This document shows positions 7,614-16,151 of a stretch of 44,899 nucleotides of DNA, piece by piece. The notes beneath the pieces were generated by a model, which was given only the letters and a program-made list of their open reading frames with translations, had not been told where the DNA came from and searched no databases. This DNA is from a virus. Taxonomy: Duplodnaviria > Caudoviricetes. Both the position numbers and the translations under genes were made by a program. The DNA lies in IMG/VR virus record IMGVR_UViG_3300022538_000532, positions 1-44,899 of that record. The stretch is one strand, 5' to 3'. Each line of letters begins with the position of its first letter. Positions within the stretch are counted from its first letter, which is position 1.

Positions 7614-7627
7614 TCTTAAACAAAACA

Positions 7628-7647
7628 AAGAAAAGTCAATAAATGAC
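7628..7647 (+). promoter_or_regulatory. Dispersed 20-bp motif, copy 5
   Basis: AAGAAAAGTCAATAAATGAC, intergenic. Confidence 0.75.
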
Positions 7648-7706
7648 TACCTTGCTGAAACTAAAAGCAAGTAAAATAAAATAAAACTAAACAAAGAGAA
7701 ACTAAA

Positions 7707-8702
7707 ATGAAAAACGAAAATGATTCAAACCTCCTCAGAATTGATAATACTAAACGCAGTGAATTCGTTCGCTGTCCTCAAAAATATTTCCTTAATTACA
7801 TCAAAAATATCAGACCATTAACAGGTTCCTCTGCCCTTCGTTATGGCTTAGTTTGGCACGATGGTCTTGATGCTTATTATTCAGAAATTCAAAAAAACGG
7901 TTGGACAAAATCAGGAAAAGAAATAACCTCTGCTCTTGTCACCATGAAAAAGTCATGGGACGAAGAATCTGCAAAATGTACTTATTGGAATGATTACAGA
8001 ACTTTAGAAAACTGTATTCAATCGTTTATTTCTTATGTAGATCATTTTGCTTATGACTGTGGAATGATGGAGATAATCGAAACAGAAGCTCCTTTTAAAA
8101 TTTACATAAATCCTTATGAAGATGATAATATAATAGGAAATTTTCCTGGTATAGAACCATTTTATTTCACAGGCAAACGTGATCTCCTTATTAAACTCAA
8201 CGGCAGAACCTGGCTTGCAGAACATAAAACCACCGGCCAACCTCTTTTCAAACAAACAGAACGTCTCAACCGCTCAGCACAGATAAAAGGTTATACCTAC
8301 GCAGGAATTAAAGAAGCCGAAAAAAATGGAACCGAACCTCCTGAAGGAGTCTTAGTTAATTTCCATCATCTTTCTGCGTATAAATCTAGAAGCAAAGATC
8401 CTGCAAAAGCAGGAAAATATGGAAAACCTAAAATAGACTTCCAAAGAGATGTGCAGATATTTACTGAAGATGATATAAAAGCCTGGAAATTTTCCTTCTT
8501 ATTTACTACTTGGCAAATACAACACTGTCATGAAACAGGAGTTTTCCCAAAACAAGATGATTCGTGTTATACTTACGGACGTTGTGCTTATTCAAATCTC
8601 TGTGATCAGAATAGACCGTTTGATGAACTTAATCTTGAAGGTTATTATATCGGAGAAGCTTGGGAAGTAGCAAAAGAACTTGAAAAGGAGAATAAAGGAT
8701 GA
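7707..8702 (+). CDS. PD-(D/E)XK exonuclease, Cas4/AddB-like
   Basis: RCPQKY, G..WH, GKRD...EHKT, Q..GY, C-terminal SC...RC.....C (four-Cys Fe-S staple pattern). Confidence 0.85.
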   Translation: MKNENDSNLLRIDNTKRSEFVRCPQKYFLNYIKNIRPLTGSSALRYGLVWHDGLDAYYSEIQKNGWTKSGKEITSALVTMKKSWDEESAKCTYWNDYRTLENCIQSFISYVDHFAYDCGMMEIIETEAPFKIYINPYEDDNIIGNFPGIEPFYFTGKRDLLIKLNGRTWLAEHKTTGQPLFKQTERLNRSAQIKGYTYAGIKEAEKNGTEPPEGVLVNFHHLSAYKSRSKDPAKAGKYGKPKIDFQRDVQIFTEDDIKAWKFSFLFTTWQIQHCHETGVFPKQDDSCYTYGRCAYSNLCDQNRPFDELNLEGYYIGEAWEVAKELEKENKG

Positions 8703-8902
8703 AAATAACTGATTTACAACTATTTCGTTTAGAAGAAGCCATTGAATTGCTTGAGGCAATAGAGGCTATCGAATGGCACAACAAAAACTGGCTCCCACAA
8801 TGGGCTATAGAAAAACCAGAAAAGCTAAGAAATGAAAAGCAGAAATTCTTCGAAAAAGTAAAGAAAGTTATAACAGAGATAGAACAAAAGGAGAATAAAT
8901 AA
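8699..8902 (+). CDS. Hypothetical protein
   Basis: 67-aa ORF overlapping the upstream stop. Confidence 0.65.
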   Translation: MKITDLQLFRLEEAIELLEAIEAIEWHNKNWLPQWAIEKPEKLRNEKQKFFEKVKKVITEIEQKENK

Positions 8903-9105
8903 TGAAAACTTGGATAATAGAAAGAACAAATCATATTGGTCATATTGAAATTAATGCAGATTTTATAACAACAGACAACGCTTGTCTCATACTCTGCAAT
9001 AAAGCTAATGCTCCTGAGGATAGAGGAATTGTACTTGCAGTTTTTGCCTCACATACTTGGTCTTCGATAAAACTCAAAGAGGAGAATATTCCTACCAATG
9101 CCTAA
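8902..9105 (+). CDS. Hypothetical protein
   Basis: 67-aa ORF, AAGGAG RBS, TAATG coupling. Confidence 0.65.
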   Translation: MKTWIIERTNHIGHIEINADFITTDNACLILCNKANAPEDRGIVLAVFASHTWSSIKLKEENIPTNA

Positions 9106-9838
9106 ATCAGCAAAAGACGTAACAATCTCAAATCAAACTTTAAAGACAATGGTAATCGGAGACTTCGGATCAGGTAAATCAGCTTTCGCTAATACCTGCC
9201 CGACAAAAGGATACGTCTTCGATTTTGATAAAGGAATTTTAATATACAGAGGAGGTGATTGGGATTACGAACAATTTGAAACCAGTGGCAAAGGTTGGCT
9301 CCATTTTGAAAAAGAATTTAGAGAAGTAACTAAAGCTATAACAGAAAAGAAATATAAAACTGTCATAGTAGATTCTACTACAACAATGACTGATATGGCT
9401 ATGGAAAGAGCAATGCAGTTAGATCCTAAACGCTCTCCAACCGGCGGACCACTATGGAATGTCCACTACCAAATAGTCAAGAATTTAATGGAGCCTAAAA
9501 TCAGACAGTTAATGCAGCTTAACTGCAATATCGTTTTAATTTCTCATCAAGCAGTAACACAAGATCAAGAAACTGGAGCTATTCTCTCCATAGATCCTAT
9601 GCTTACAGGACAATTATCACAAAAAGTTCCTGGTTATTTCGATGAAGTTTACTACGCCTTTACTCGTACCGTTCAAGGAAAAACAAAATACTTTCTCAGA
9701 ACTGTAACCAAAGGACTTTATAAAGCACGAAGTAGAATTTCAGGCGTCCAAAGAATTATGCCAGATGAAATTCCAAATGACTATAATGAGGTTTTAAAAT
9801 ACATTAAAAAGGAGAACAAAAAAGAAACAAAAACTTAA
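9098..9838 (+). CDS. AAA_24 / Sak4-like P-loop ATPase (recombinase)
   Basis: Walker A GDFGSGKS, FDFDKG, Walker B VIVDS, LISH; lies between nuclease and SSB. Confidence 0.8.
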   Translation: MPKSAKDVTISNQTLKTMVIGDFGSGKSAFANTCPTKGYVFDFDKGILIYRGGDWDYEQFETSGKGWLHFEKEFREVTKAITEKKYKTVIVDSTTTMTDMAMERAMQLDPKRSPTGGPLWNVHYQIVKNLMEPKIRQLMQLNCNIVLISHQAVTQDQETGAILSIDPMLTGQLSQKVPGYFDEVYYAFTRTVQGKTKYFLRTVTKGLYKARSRISGVQRIMPDEIPNDYNEVLKYIKKENKKETKT

Positions 9839-9840
9839 AC

Positions 9841-9860
9841 ATCAATAATTGACTTTTCTT
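9841..9860 (-). promoter_or_regulatory. Dispersed 20-bp motif, copy 6
   Basis: Reverse complement AAGAAAAGTCAATTATTGAT, intergenic. Confidence 0.75.
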
Positions 9861-9903
9861 AAATTAAAGCAAGAAACTAAAACCAAAAAGGAGAAGTAAT
9901 CAA

Positions 9904-10386
9904 ATGACTGACATAAATAACACAAACGGAATCGATCTTAGTAGTATAGATACTTCATTCGATATTGAAAATGATTTCAAACCTGAGCCGCTTATTCCGC
10001 CTGGAACTTACCGAGGAAATATAATAGGAACTTCCTTCGGAGCCGGTCATGTTCGTTTTAAATTCTCTCTCGCAGATAACGGCGGATATATGTCTGATGG
10101 AGAGACTGAAATCGACGGAAATCAACTGATTTTTAAACTATGGCTTCCGAAACCAGGAGACGAAACTGAATATACTGCTTCCGGCAGGCAAACAAAACGG
10201 CAATGGAAAATTAACAATATGAAAAAGGTTTTTGACGAACTGAAAATTACTATAAAAACCTTTAATGACCTGCAAGAACTCGTTGAAAATCAGGAACTTA
10301 TTGGAACTGAAATCATAGCAGCAGTCGGATTAAACGAGTATAATAGTAACATAACTAATGATGTAAGCACCCTCACCGCACAGTAA
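9904..10386 (+). CDS. Putative ssDNA-binding protein (DUF669-like)
   Basis: LIPPGTY motif, LIG...V...EY....N.V ending; typical neighbour of Sak4-like ATPases. Confidence 0.6.
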   Translation: MTDINNTNGIDLSSIDTSFDIENDFKPEPLIPPGTYRGNIIGTSFGAGHVRFKFSLADNGGYMSDGETEIDGNQLIFKLWLPKPGDETEYTASGRQTKRQWKINNMKKVFDELKITIKTFNDLQELVENQELIGTEIIAAVGLNEYNSNITNDVSTLTAQ

Positions 10387-10408
10387 ATAATCAAAATCAA
10401 ATCTAAAT

Positions 10409-10432
10409 AGCTCCCTTCGGGGAGCTTCATTT
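10409..10432 (+). terminator. Hairpin with UUCG tetraloop, probable terminator
   Basis: AGCTCCC-TTCG-GGGAGCT followed by a weak T-tract. Confidence 0.6.
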
Positions 10433-10454
10433 CTAAGAAAAGGAATCATCAAAG

Positions 10455-10703
10455 ATGAAATTCGAAGAACTTAGAGAAAACTTTATAGAAGCAAATCCTC
10501 AAAGACAGATTCAAATATTCTCCGAGTATTATCACAAGCGTAATCAAGATTTAATCCAAGAAAATCCCCTCCTAATTAGCAAAACAAAAAATTCTTCTAC
10601 TAAACCAAAGACACTTTCTCGAAGTAAAAGTAAAAAGAAAGAAAAGAAAATAGTTTTGTCTCAGAAAGCACTTAATGCTCTTAATAAATTAGGACTAATT
10701 TAA
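10455..10703 (+). CDS. Hypothetical basic protein
   Basis: 82-aa ORF with RBS. Confidence 0.65.
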   Translation: MKFEELRENFIEANPQRQIQIFSEYYHKRNQDLIQENPLLISKTKNSSTKPKTLSRSKSKKKEKKIVLSQKALNALNKLGLI

Positions 10704-11018
10704 ATGAAAAATAAACTTTTAAAATTATATAGGTATTATGACTATATTTATTCAGACATAGGTATAGTAAAAAAAGAATATGCTATAATAAAAGAAACAC
10801 CAAAAGGATATTGGATTAAATTAAGTATATGGAATGATGACAAAAAATGGGTATCAAAAACAGCATTAAAACGTTTTGCCTACCCAACAAAAAAAGAAGC
10901 TCTAATTAGCTATAAATTTAGAAAATTAAGGCAAGTAGAATTATTAACAAATACCTTAGCGCATGCCCAAAATTGTTTAAATAGAGTTAAACATAAATTA
11001 AATAAGAAATGTCAATAA
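10704..11018 (+). CDS. Hypothetical phage protein (KETPKGYWI motif)
   Basis: 104-aa ORF; ETPKGYWI...KRFAYPT..EA motif is common in phage hypotheticals. Confidence 0.7.
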   Translation: MKNKLLKLYRYYDYIYSDIGIVKKEYAIIKETPKGYWIKLSIWNDDKKWVSKTALKRFAYPTKKEALISYKFRKLRQVELLTNTLAHAQNCLNRVKHKLNKKCQ

Positions 11019-11023
11019 TTAAC
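11004..11023 (+). promoter_or_regulatory. Dispersed 20-bp motif, copy 7
   Basis: AAGAAATGTCAATAATTAAC, overlapping a stop codon. Confidence 0.75.
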
Positions 11024-11037
11024 ACGGGAGAATAATA

Positions 11038-11475
11038 ATGAAAGCAGGAATGCCTTGGACAGAAGAGGACGATAAAACACTTAAAAATAATTATACAACT
11101 ATGACAAATAGAGAGTTAACAAGAATACTTAAAAGAGGATATCATGCAATAACAAGACGATTACAGACTTTAAGTTTAAGACGCACAAAATACGCTGACA
11201 ATTTTGAAAATGGATGTTATACGCCGGAATATATTAAAATAAAAAGAGAAGAATATGAAAGAAGATATCCTAAAAAATATATAGCACATACAAAAGTTAG
11301 CCAAGCTATAAGAGAGGGAAAATTAAAATCAGAATCTTGTTTATTATGCGGCAGCATAGAAAAAATAGAAGCTCATCATGTTGATTACAATAAACCTTTA
11401 GATGTTGCCTGGCTTTGTGGAAAATGTCATAGAAGATATCATGTTAAATTAAATGACTTAGGAATAAGGACATAA
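11038..11475 (+). CDS. HTH/Myb-like + HNH-type Zn-finger protein (paralog 1)
   Basis: WTEEDD..LK.NY N-terminus; CxxC...EAHH.DY.KP...WLCxxCH...H. Confidence 0.75.
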   Translation: MKAGMPWTEEDDKTLKNNYTTMTNRELTRILKRGYHAITRRLQTLSLRRTKYADNFENGCYTPEYIKIKREEYERRYPKKYIAHTKVSQAIREGKLKSESCLLCGSIEKIEAHHVDYNKPLDVAWLCGKCHRRYHVKLNDLGIRT

Positions 11476-11479
11476 GAAA

Positions 11480-12796
11480 ATGGAAATGATTTTTATAGAC
11501 ACAACAAAAATAACAGTACGTAAAGGACTGGAACGTTTTCGAAAAGATATGGGAGAATTAAATGCGTTAGTAGATTCTATTAAACGTACTCGGCAAATTG
11601 TGCCTATTATAATAACGAGAGATTATGAATTAATTGCTGGGGGTAGACGATTAGCTGCTTGCACATTATTAGGTATTCAAGTAAAAGTAGTTTTTGAGGA
11701 TGTAACTAATGACTGGGAAATGAGATCTCTTGAACTCGAAGAAAATTTATACAGAAAAGATTTTACTCCTGCTGAACAAGTTACAGCCACTCAAGAATTA
11801 CACGAATTAAAGCAGCGTATTCACGGCGAATCTTGCTCAGGAAAAGCAGGTTCAGGATGGACGCTTGACGATACAGCTAAAGTTCTTGGTAAGTCCCGCG
11901 GTGCAATAATAGCTGATATGCAACTTGCAGATATGGTAAAAGCTTTTCCTGAACTAAAAGGAGCCAAAAAGAAAAGTGAGATAAAAAAGGCTGCGAAGTC
12001 TTTAGAAAGAGTCAATGATGCTCTTGGTTCTCTTGTTAAACATCAAGAAGCAATTAAAGAAAAGAAAGATCTTTTTATTCTTCAACATAAAAAAGCAGAG
12101 GAATTTCTTCCTTCTTTAGAAGCCAATTCAATAGATTGTTTCATTGCAGATCCTCCTTATGGTATAGAAATTTATGAAATTCTTACTGGCATTGGAGGCA
12201 AAACAGGAAATGAATTAACAGCCGGAGGTTTTCAATACGATGATTCTTTTCCGAAGGCTTTAGCTTTTTATCAATTTCTTGCCTCTGAACTTTATCGTAT
12301 AACTACTGATAAAACTCATGGATATATATTCTTCGGGCCAGAATATTACAAAGAAGTACGAGAAATATTTATTAAAGCAGATTTTCGAGTTCATGTCAAA
12401 CCAATTATCTGGATTAAAAATACAACGGGACAATGTAATGTTCCTTCAGCCTGGCCAAGTAGTTGTTACGAAATGTGTCTCTATATAAGAAAAGATAATT
12501 CTCGTTTAGTTCAAGAAGGTAAATCCGATTGGCTTCATATTCCGCCATTAAATCCAAGCCAAAAAATTCATGATGCAGAAAAACCTGTTAAACTCTATAA
12601 ACAACTTCTTGAAAGAATTTCTTTTCCAGGATATAAATTCCTCGATCCCTGCTGCGGTTCAAGCTCGTCATTAGAGGCAGCTTTAGAATTAAAAATGTTC
12701 GCTATAGGATGCGAGAAAAATCAAGCCGCTTATGCTTCTTCACTAAATAGATTAGCTAATTTAAAGGTATCTAATGAGAAGACTCTGGACAACTAA
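11480..12796 (+). CDS. ParB-domain / N6-N4 DNA methyltransferase fusion
   Basis: ParB: PIII...LIAGGRRL, ELEENL.R, then HTH; MTase: ADPPY, IIWIK, H..EKP, LDPCCGS. Confidence 0.85.
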   Translation: MEMIFIDTTKITVRKGLERFRKDMGELNALVDSIKRTRQIVPIIITRDYELIAGGRRLAACTLLGIQVKVVFEDVTNDWEMRSLELEENLYRKDFTPAEQVTATQELHELKQRIHGESCSGKAGSGWTLDDTAKVLGKSRGAIIADMQLADMVKAFPELKGAKKKSEIKKAAKSLERVNDALGSLVKHQEAIKEKKDLFILQHKKAEEFLPSLEANSIDCFIADPPYGIEIYEILTGIGGKTGNELTAGGFQYDDSFPKALAFYQFLASELYRITTDKTHGYIFFGPEYYKEVREIFIKADFRVHVKPIIWIKNTTGQCNVPSAWPSSCYEMCLYIRKDNSRLVQEGKSDWLHIPPLNPSQKIHDAEKPVKLYKQLLERISFPGYKFLDPCCGSSSSLEAALELKMFAIGCEKNQAAYASSLNRLANLKVSNEKTLDN

Positions 12797-13256
12797 AGAA
12801 AAAGATTTTCTTAAAGAAAACTATTTGCAAATGGATAATGTAGCTTTAGGATTTCATCTTAATAGACATAAAAATTCTATCAAAATGAAATTAAGAAGAC
12901 TTAATTTACACAGACCAGAAGCCTTAACAAACTATTTTAAATCCAGACCTGGTGCATTAAGCGGCCCTTGGAAAGGTGGGATTACTTATGATAGAGTTAA
13001 ATATAATAAAGAAAGACAGCAAAAATATCCTAAAAGAACAAAAGCACAGGCAAAACTTGCTTCTCTTATAAGAAGTGGTAAGTTAATTCCTGAACCTTGT
13101 TTTCAATGTGAAGCTATTACAAATATAGAAGGACATCATTCTGATTATAATAAGCCAGAAGAGATAGTATGGCTTTGTAAATCATGCCATAGAAAACATC
13201 ATAACAAATTAAAAGATTTAAATTTGGAAGGAACTTTAAATAAAGAAGGAGAATAA
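12774..13256 (+). CDS. HTH/Myb-like + HNH-type Zn-finger protein (paralog 2)
   Basis: WTTKE..FLKENY; CxxC...EGHH.DY.KP...WLCxxCH..HH. Confidence 0.75.
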   Translation: MRRLWTTKEKDFLKENYLQMDNVALGFHLNRHKNSIKMKLRRLNLHRPEALTNYFKSRPGALSGPWKGGITYDRVKYNKERQQKYPKRTKAQAKLASLIRSGKLIPEPCFQCEAITNIEGHHSDYNKPEEIVWLCKSCHRKHHNKLKDLNLEGTLNKEGE

Positions 13257-13258
13257 AC

Positions 13259-13456
13259 ATGACTGAAATACAAGCTATTAAAAGAACTGCTCAATTTATG
13301 GGAATGTGCCTTGCTTATGCAGAACTTCATGGAGTAGAAGATTCTGATATTTTATTCAGTTTTATGGGCAGTGGAGCAAGTGACACACTATCTATTAAAA
13401 ATGTTAAAGCATTTATGTATGAAGTTAGGTTACTTACTAAAAACCAAGGAGAATAA
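13259..13456 (+). CDS. Hypothetical protein
   Basis: 65-aa ORF, AAGGAG RBS. Confidence 0.65.
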   Translation: MTEIQAIKRTAQFMGMCLAYAELHGVEDSDILFSFMGSGASDTLSIKNVKAFMYEVRLLTKNQGE

Positions 13457-13459
13457 AAA

Positions 13460-15904
13460 ATGAAAGTTCCAATTACTGGCCCTCCAAATGCAAAGATCCT
13501 ACTTGTCGGTGAAGCTCCTGGAGCTGAAGAAGATCGCCAAGGAAAACCTTTTATAGGGCAGGCTGGAAGAACTCTTGATTTACTCCTTTCCAATGCAGGA
13601 ATTTCAAGACATGATTGCCTAATAACAAATGTAGCTAAGGAAAGACCACCTGGAAATAAAATAGCTTTTTATTATGAGGATAAAAAATGTACTCGACCTA
13701 AACCTATAATGCAAGAATGGATTAAAGAACTTAAAAAAGAAATAGAATTTTATAATCCAAATATAGTTATCCCTCTCGGAGCTATTGCATTACAAACTAT
13801 CTGTGGAATATCCGGCATTCAAGCTTATCGAGGATACATAATGGAAAGTACTTTAGTACCAAGACAAAAAGTACTTCCTACTTATCATCCACAAGCAGTT
13901 GGTTATGACTGGAAATTACATTTCCCGACTATCATGGATTTAAGAAAGGCAGTTAAAGAAAGTGAAATATCAAAACTTCCTAAAGATAATAGAAAACTTA
14001 ATTGTACTTCTACAAAGTTAGAATATATAGGTTACTTAAAATGGCTTCTTAAAGAACATAAAGGCCCTATCGCAGTTGATATTGAAACAACTCAACCTGG
14101 AAGTCATATAGACATCATGGGAATCGCAGATTCTCCTACCCATGCTGTCGCCTTTGAGTTTATTCATAGCAGAAAACCAAAATATTCTTTAGAAGATGAA
14201 CTTGAAATATGGAAACTTCTTGGTAAAGTCTTATCTACAAAAGATTTAATAATGCATAATGGGAGTTATGATGCTGCAGTAATATGGTATAATAACGGAA
14301 TTTTTTGTAAGAATTTTAAATACGATACTATGATAGCGGGTCATGCAGCCTGGCCTGAATGCCCAAGAAGTCTTGCCTTTATGTCATCTATCTGTTTAAA
14401 TGTACCTCCTTGGAAACATCAAAGTCAATCTCTCCCACTTCTTTACAATGCCGCAGATGCAGCAAATACATTTGGAATTTGGGAAGTAATGGAAACTGAA
14501 ATGGAAAAACTTAAAGTTAGAAATACTTTTGATTTTGAAATGAGCCAAGTATTTCCAGCTATGATGCTTCAACTTCAAGGACTTTATGTAGATTTAAATA
14601 AAAGAAAAATAATAAAAAAAGAAATAGAAGAAAGATTAGAAGAACTCAAAGAAGAACTTACACAAGATTTAGGAAAAGAAGTTATTCTTAAAGCAGATAA
14701 AAAGAAAAAGAATACTTTAAATATAAATTCCTCAAAACAACTTGCTGAACTTCTTTATATAGATATGGGACTTCCGGTTCAGTATAAAAGAAGAAAGTCA
14801 GTACAAGATACAAGAACAACTACGGCTGATGCAGAAGCCCTTAATAAACTTACTCGTCAAACAAAGAATCCAGTTCTTCTTAAAATTCTTGAGGTAAAGA
14901 AATTAAGTAAATTATCCAATTCTTTTATTAACATGGAAGTTTCTCCGCAAAGTCGAGTTCATACTTGTTATAATGTAACAGGAGCGACGATGTCAAGAAC
15001 TGGAACAGGAAAACAGAAAGGATTAATTATAGATGACGAAGAGAATTATAAAAGTTTCGGAAGATGGAGTAGTTCTAAATCTATCATCTTACCGTACGGA
15101 AGCGGAAACTTACAGAATATTCCGTACGCTGCTCGTAAACTATATACAGCACCGAAGGGATATTGCTTCCTCCAAGCCGATTATAAACAAGCCGAAGCCG
15201 TAGTCGTTGCTTTTAATATAGGAGATCAGAAATTAATAAATATGTTCTCTAACGCCTTCGGAAAGAGTAATGAATATTGTAAAGAACAGGGCTGGGATAT
15301 ACATAAACTTACCGGAGCCAGTATGTTCGGAGTAGATATAAAAGATGTTACTCCAGAACAAAGAAAAGTTGGAAAATTACTTCGTCATGCAACTAACTAC
15401 GCTGCTGGGCCAGGAGTAATCGCTCCTAAACTTGGAATTGCAATAACACAAGCAAAGAAATTACTAAAACAATTCATGGGAGCTACTCCTGAACTTCCTC
15501 TTTATCATTCTCGAATCAGAAATGAATTGAGAAAGTCAGGAGTTTTAACCAACCTTCTCGGTAGAAAGCACCGTTTTCTTGAACGCTGGGGAGATACCTT
15601 ATTCAGAAGTGCGTATTCATTTATTCCTCAATCCACAGTTGGAGATTTAATGAATCTTTCTTTAACAAAATTCTATAATAAATATGGAAGCTTATACAAT
15701 ATAGTTCTTCAACTCCATGATGCCATCTATCTAATAATAAAAGAAGAAGAAAAATTTGAAGCCATGCACGCTCTTAAAGAATCCATGATTCGACCTTTAA
15801 AAACAGAAACAGGACAAGAATTTCTTATTGATATAGATTTTTCCTTCGGCCCTGATTGGGGATCACTTGAAGACTTTGATTACTACAAACATTTTGGAGG
15901 TTAA
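13460..15904 (+). CDS. polA: Family A DNA polymerase with N-terminal uracil-DNA-glycosylase-like domain and 3'-5' exonuclease
   Basis: UDG: LVGEAPG, PFIG.AG, TYHP; Exo: VDIET, HNGSYD, YNAADA; Pol: GRWSS, NLQNIP, ADYKQAE, R...K...Y, QSTVGD, LHDA. Confidence 0.93.
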   Translation: MKVPITGPPNAKILLVGEAPGAEEDRQGKPFIGQAGRTLDLLLSNAGISRHDCLITNVAKERPPGNKIAFYYEDKKCTRPKPIMQEWIKELKKEIEFYNPNIVIPLGAIALQTICGISGIQAYRGYIMESTLVPRQKVLPTYHPQAVGYDWKLHFPTIMDLRKAVKESEISKLPKDNRKLNCTSTKLEYIGYLKWLLKEHKGPIAVDIETTQPGSHIDIMGIADSPTHAVAFEFIHSRKPKYSLEDELEIWKLLGKVLSTKDLIMHNGSYDAAVIWYNNGIFCKNFKYDTMIAGHAAWPECPRSLAFMSSICLNVPPWKHQSQSLPLLYNAADAANTFGIWEVMETEMEKLKVRNTFDFEMSQVFPAMMLQLQGLYVDLNKRKIIKKEIEERLEELKEELTQDLGKEVILKADKKKKNTLNINSSKQLAELLYIDMGLPVQYKRRKSVQDTRTTTADAEALNKLTRQTKNPVLLKILEVKKLSKLSNSFINMEVSPQSRVHTCYNVTGATMSRTGTGKQKGLIIDDEENYKSFGRWSSSKSIILPYGSGNLQNIPYAARKLYTAPKGYCFLQADYKQAEAVVVAFNIGDQKLINMFSNAFGKSNEYCKEQGWDIHKLTGASMFGVDIKDVTPEQRKVGKLLRHATNYAAGPGVIAPKLGIAITQAKKLLKQFMGATPELPLYHSRIRNELRKSGVLTNLLGRKHRFLERWGDTLFRSAYSFIPQSTVGDLMNLSLTKFYNKYGSLYNIVLQLHDAIYLIIKEEEKFEAMHALKESMIRPLKTETGQEFLIDIDFSFGPDWGSLEDFDYYKHFGG

Positions 15905-15905
15905 T

Positions 15906-16115
15906 ATGTGGAGAAAATTATTTAAAATATTCGGCTTTGAGATTGTAATGACTACAGATTTTGATGGCGATATAAGATATAGATTTGCAATACGATATAA
16001 AAATAAACTCATATGCAAAGCAATAAGCAGAAAAATTATTTTAAATCCTGATGGTTCAATCACAGATCCAAAGGGAGAAATATGCCGCTACGTAAAATGC
16101 TGGAAATACATCTAA
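15906..16115 (+). CDS. Hypothetical protein
   Basis: Start moved to MWRK after GGAGG RBS. Confidence 0.6.
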   Translation: MWRKLFKIFGFEIVMTTDFDGDIRYRFAIRYKNKLICKAISRKIILNPDGSITDPKGEICRYVKCWKYI

Positions 16116-16133
16116 GAAAAGTCAATTTATAAC
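16114..16133 (+). promoter_or_regulatory. Dispersed 20-bp motif, copy 8
   Basis: AAGAAAAGTCAATTTATAAC, at gene boundary. Confidence 0.75.
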
Positions 16134-16151
16134 AACTAAGGAGGTGAGGAA

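Noticed and set aside
7349-8702. CRISPR-like system (repeats next to a Cas4-like nuclease)
   Set aside because: The repeats are tRNA arms, only two units with no CRISPR periodicity, and no other cas genes are present. The nuclease sits in an ordinary nuclease-Sak4-SSB recombination module, so the adjacency may be incidental.
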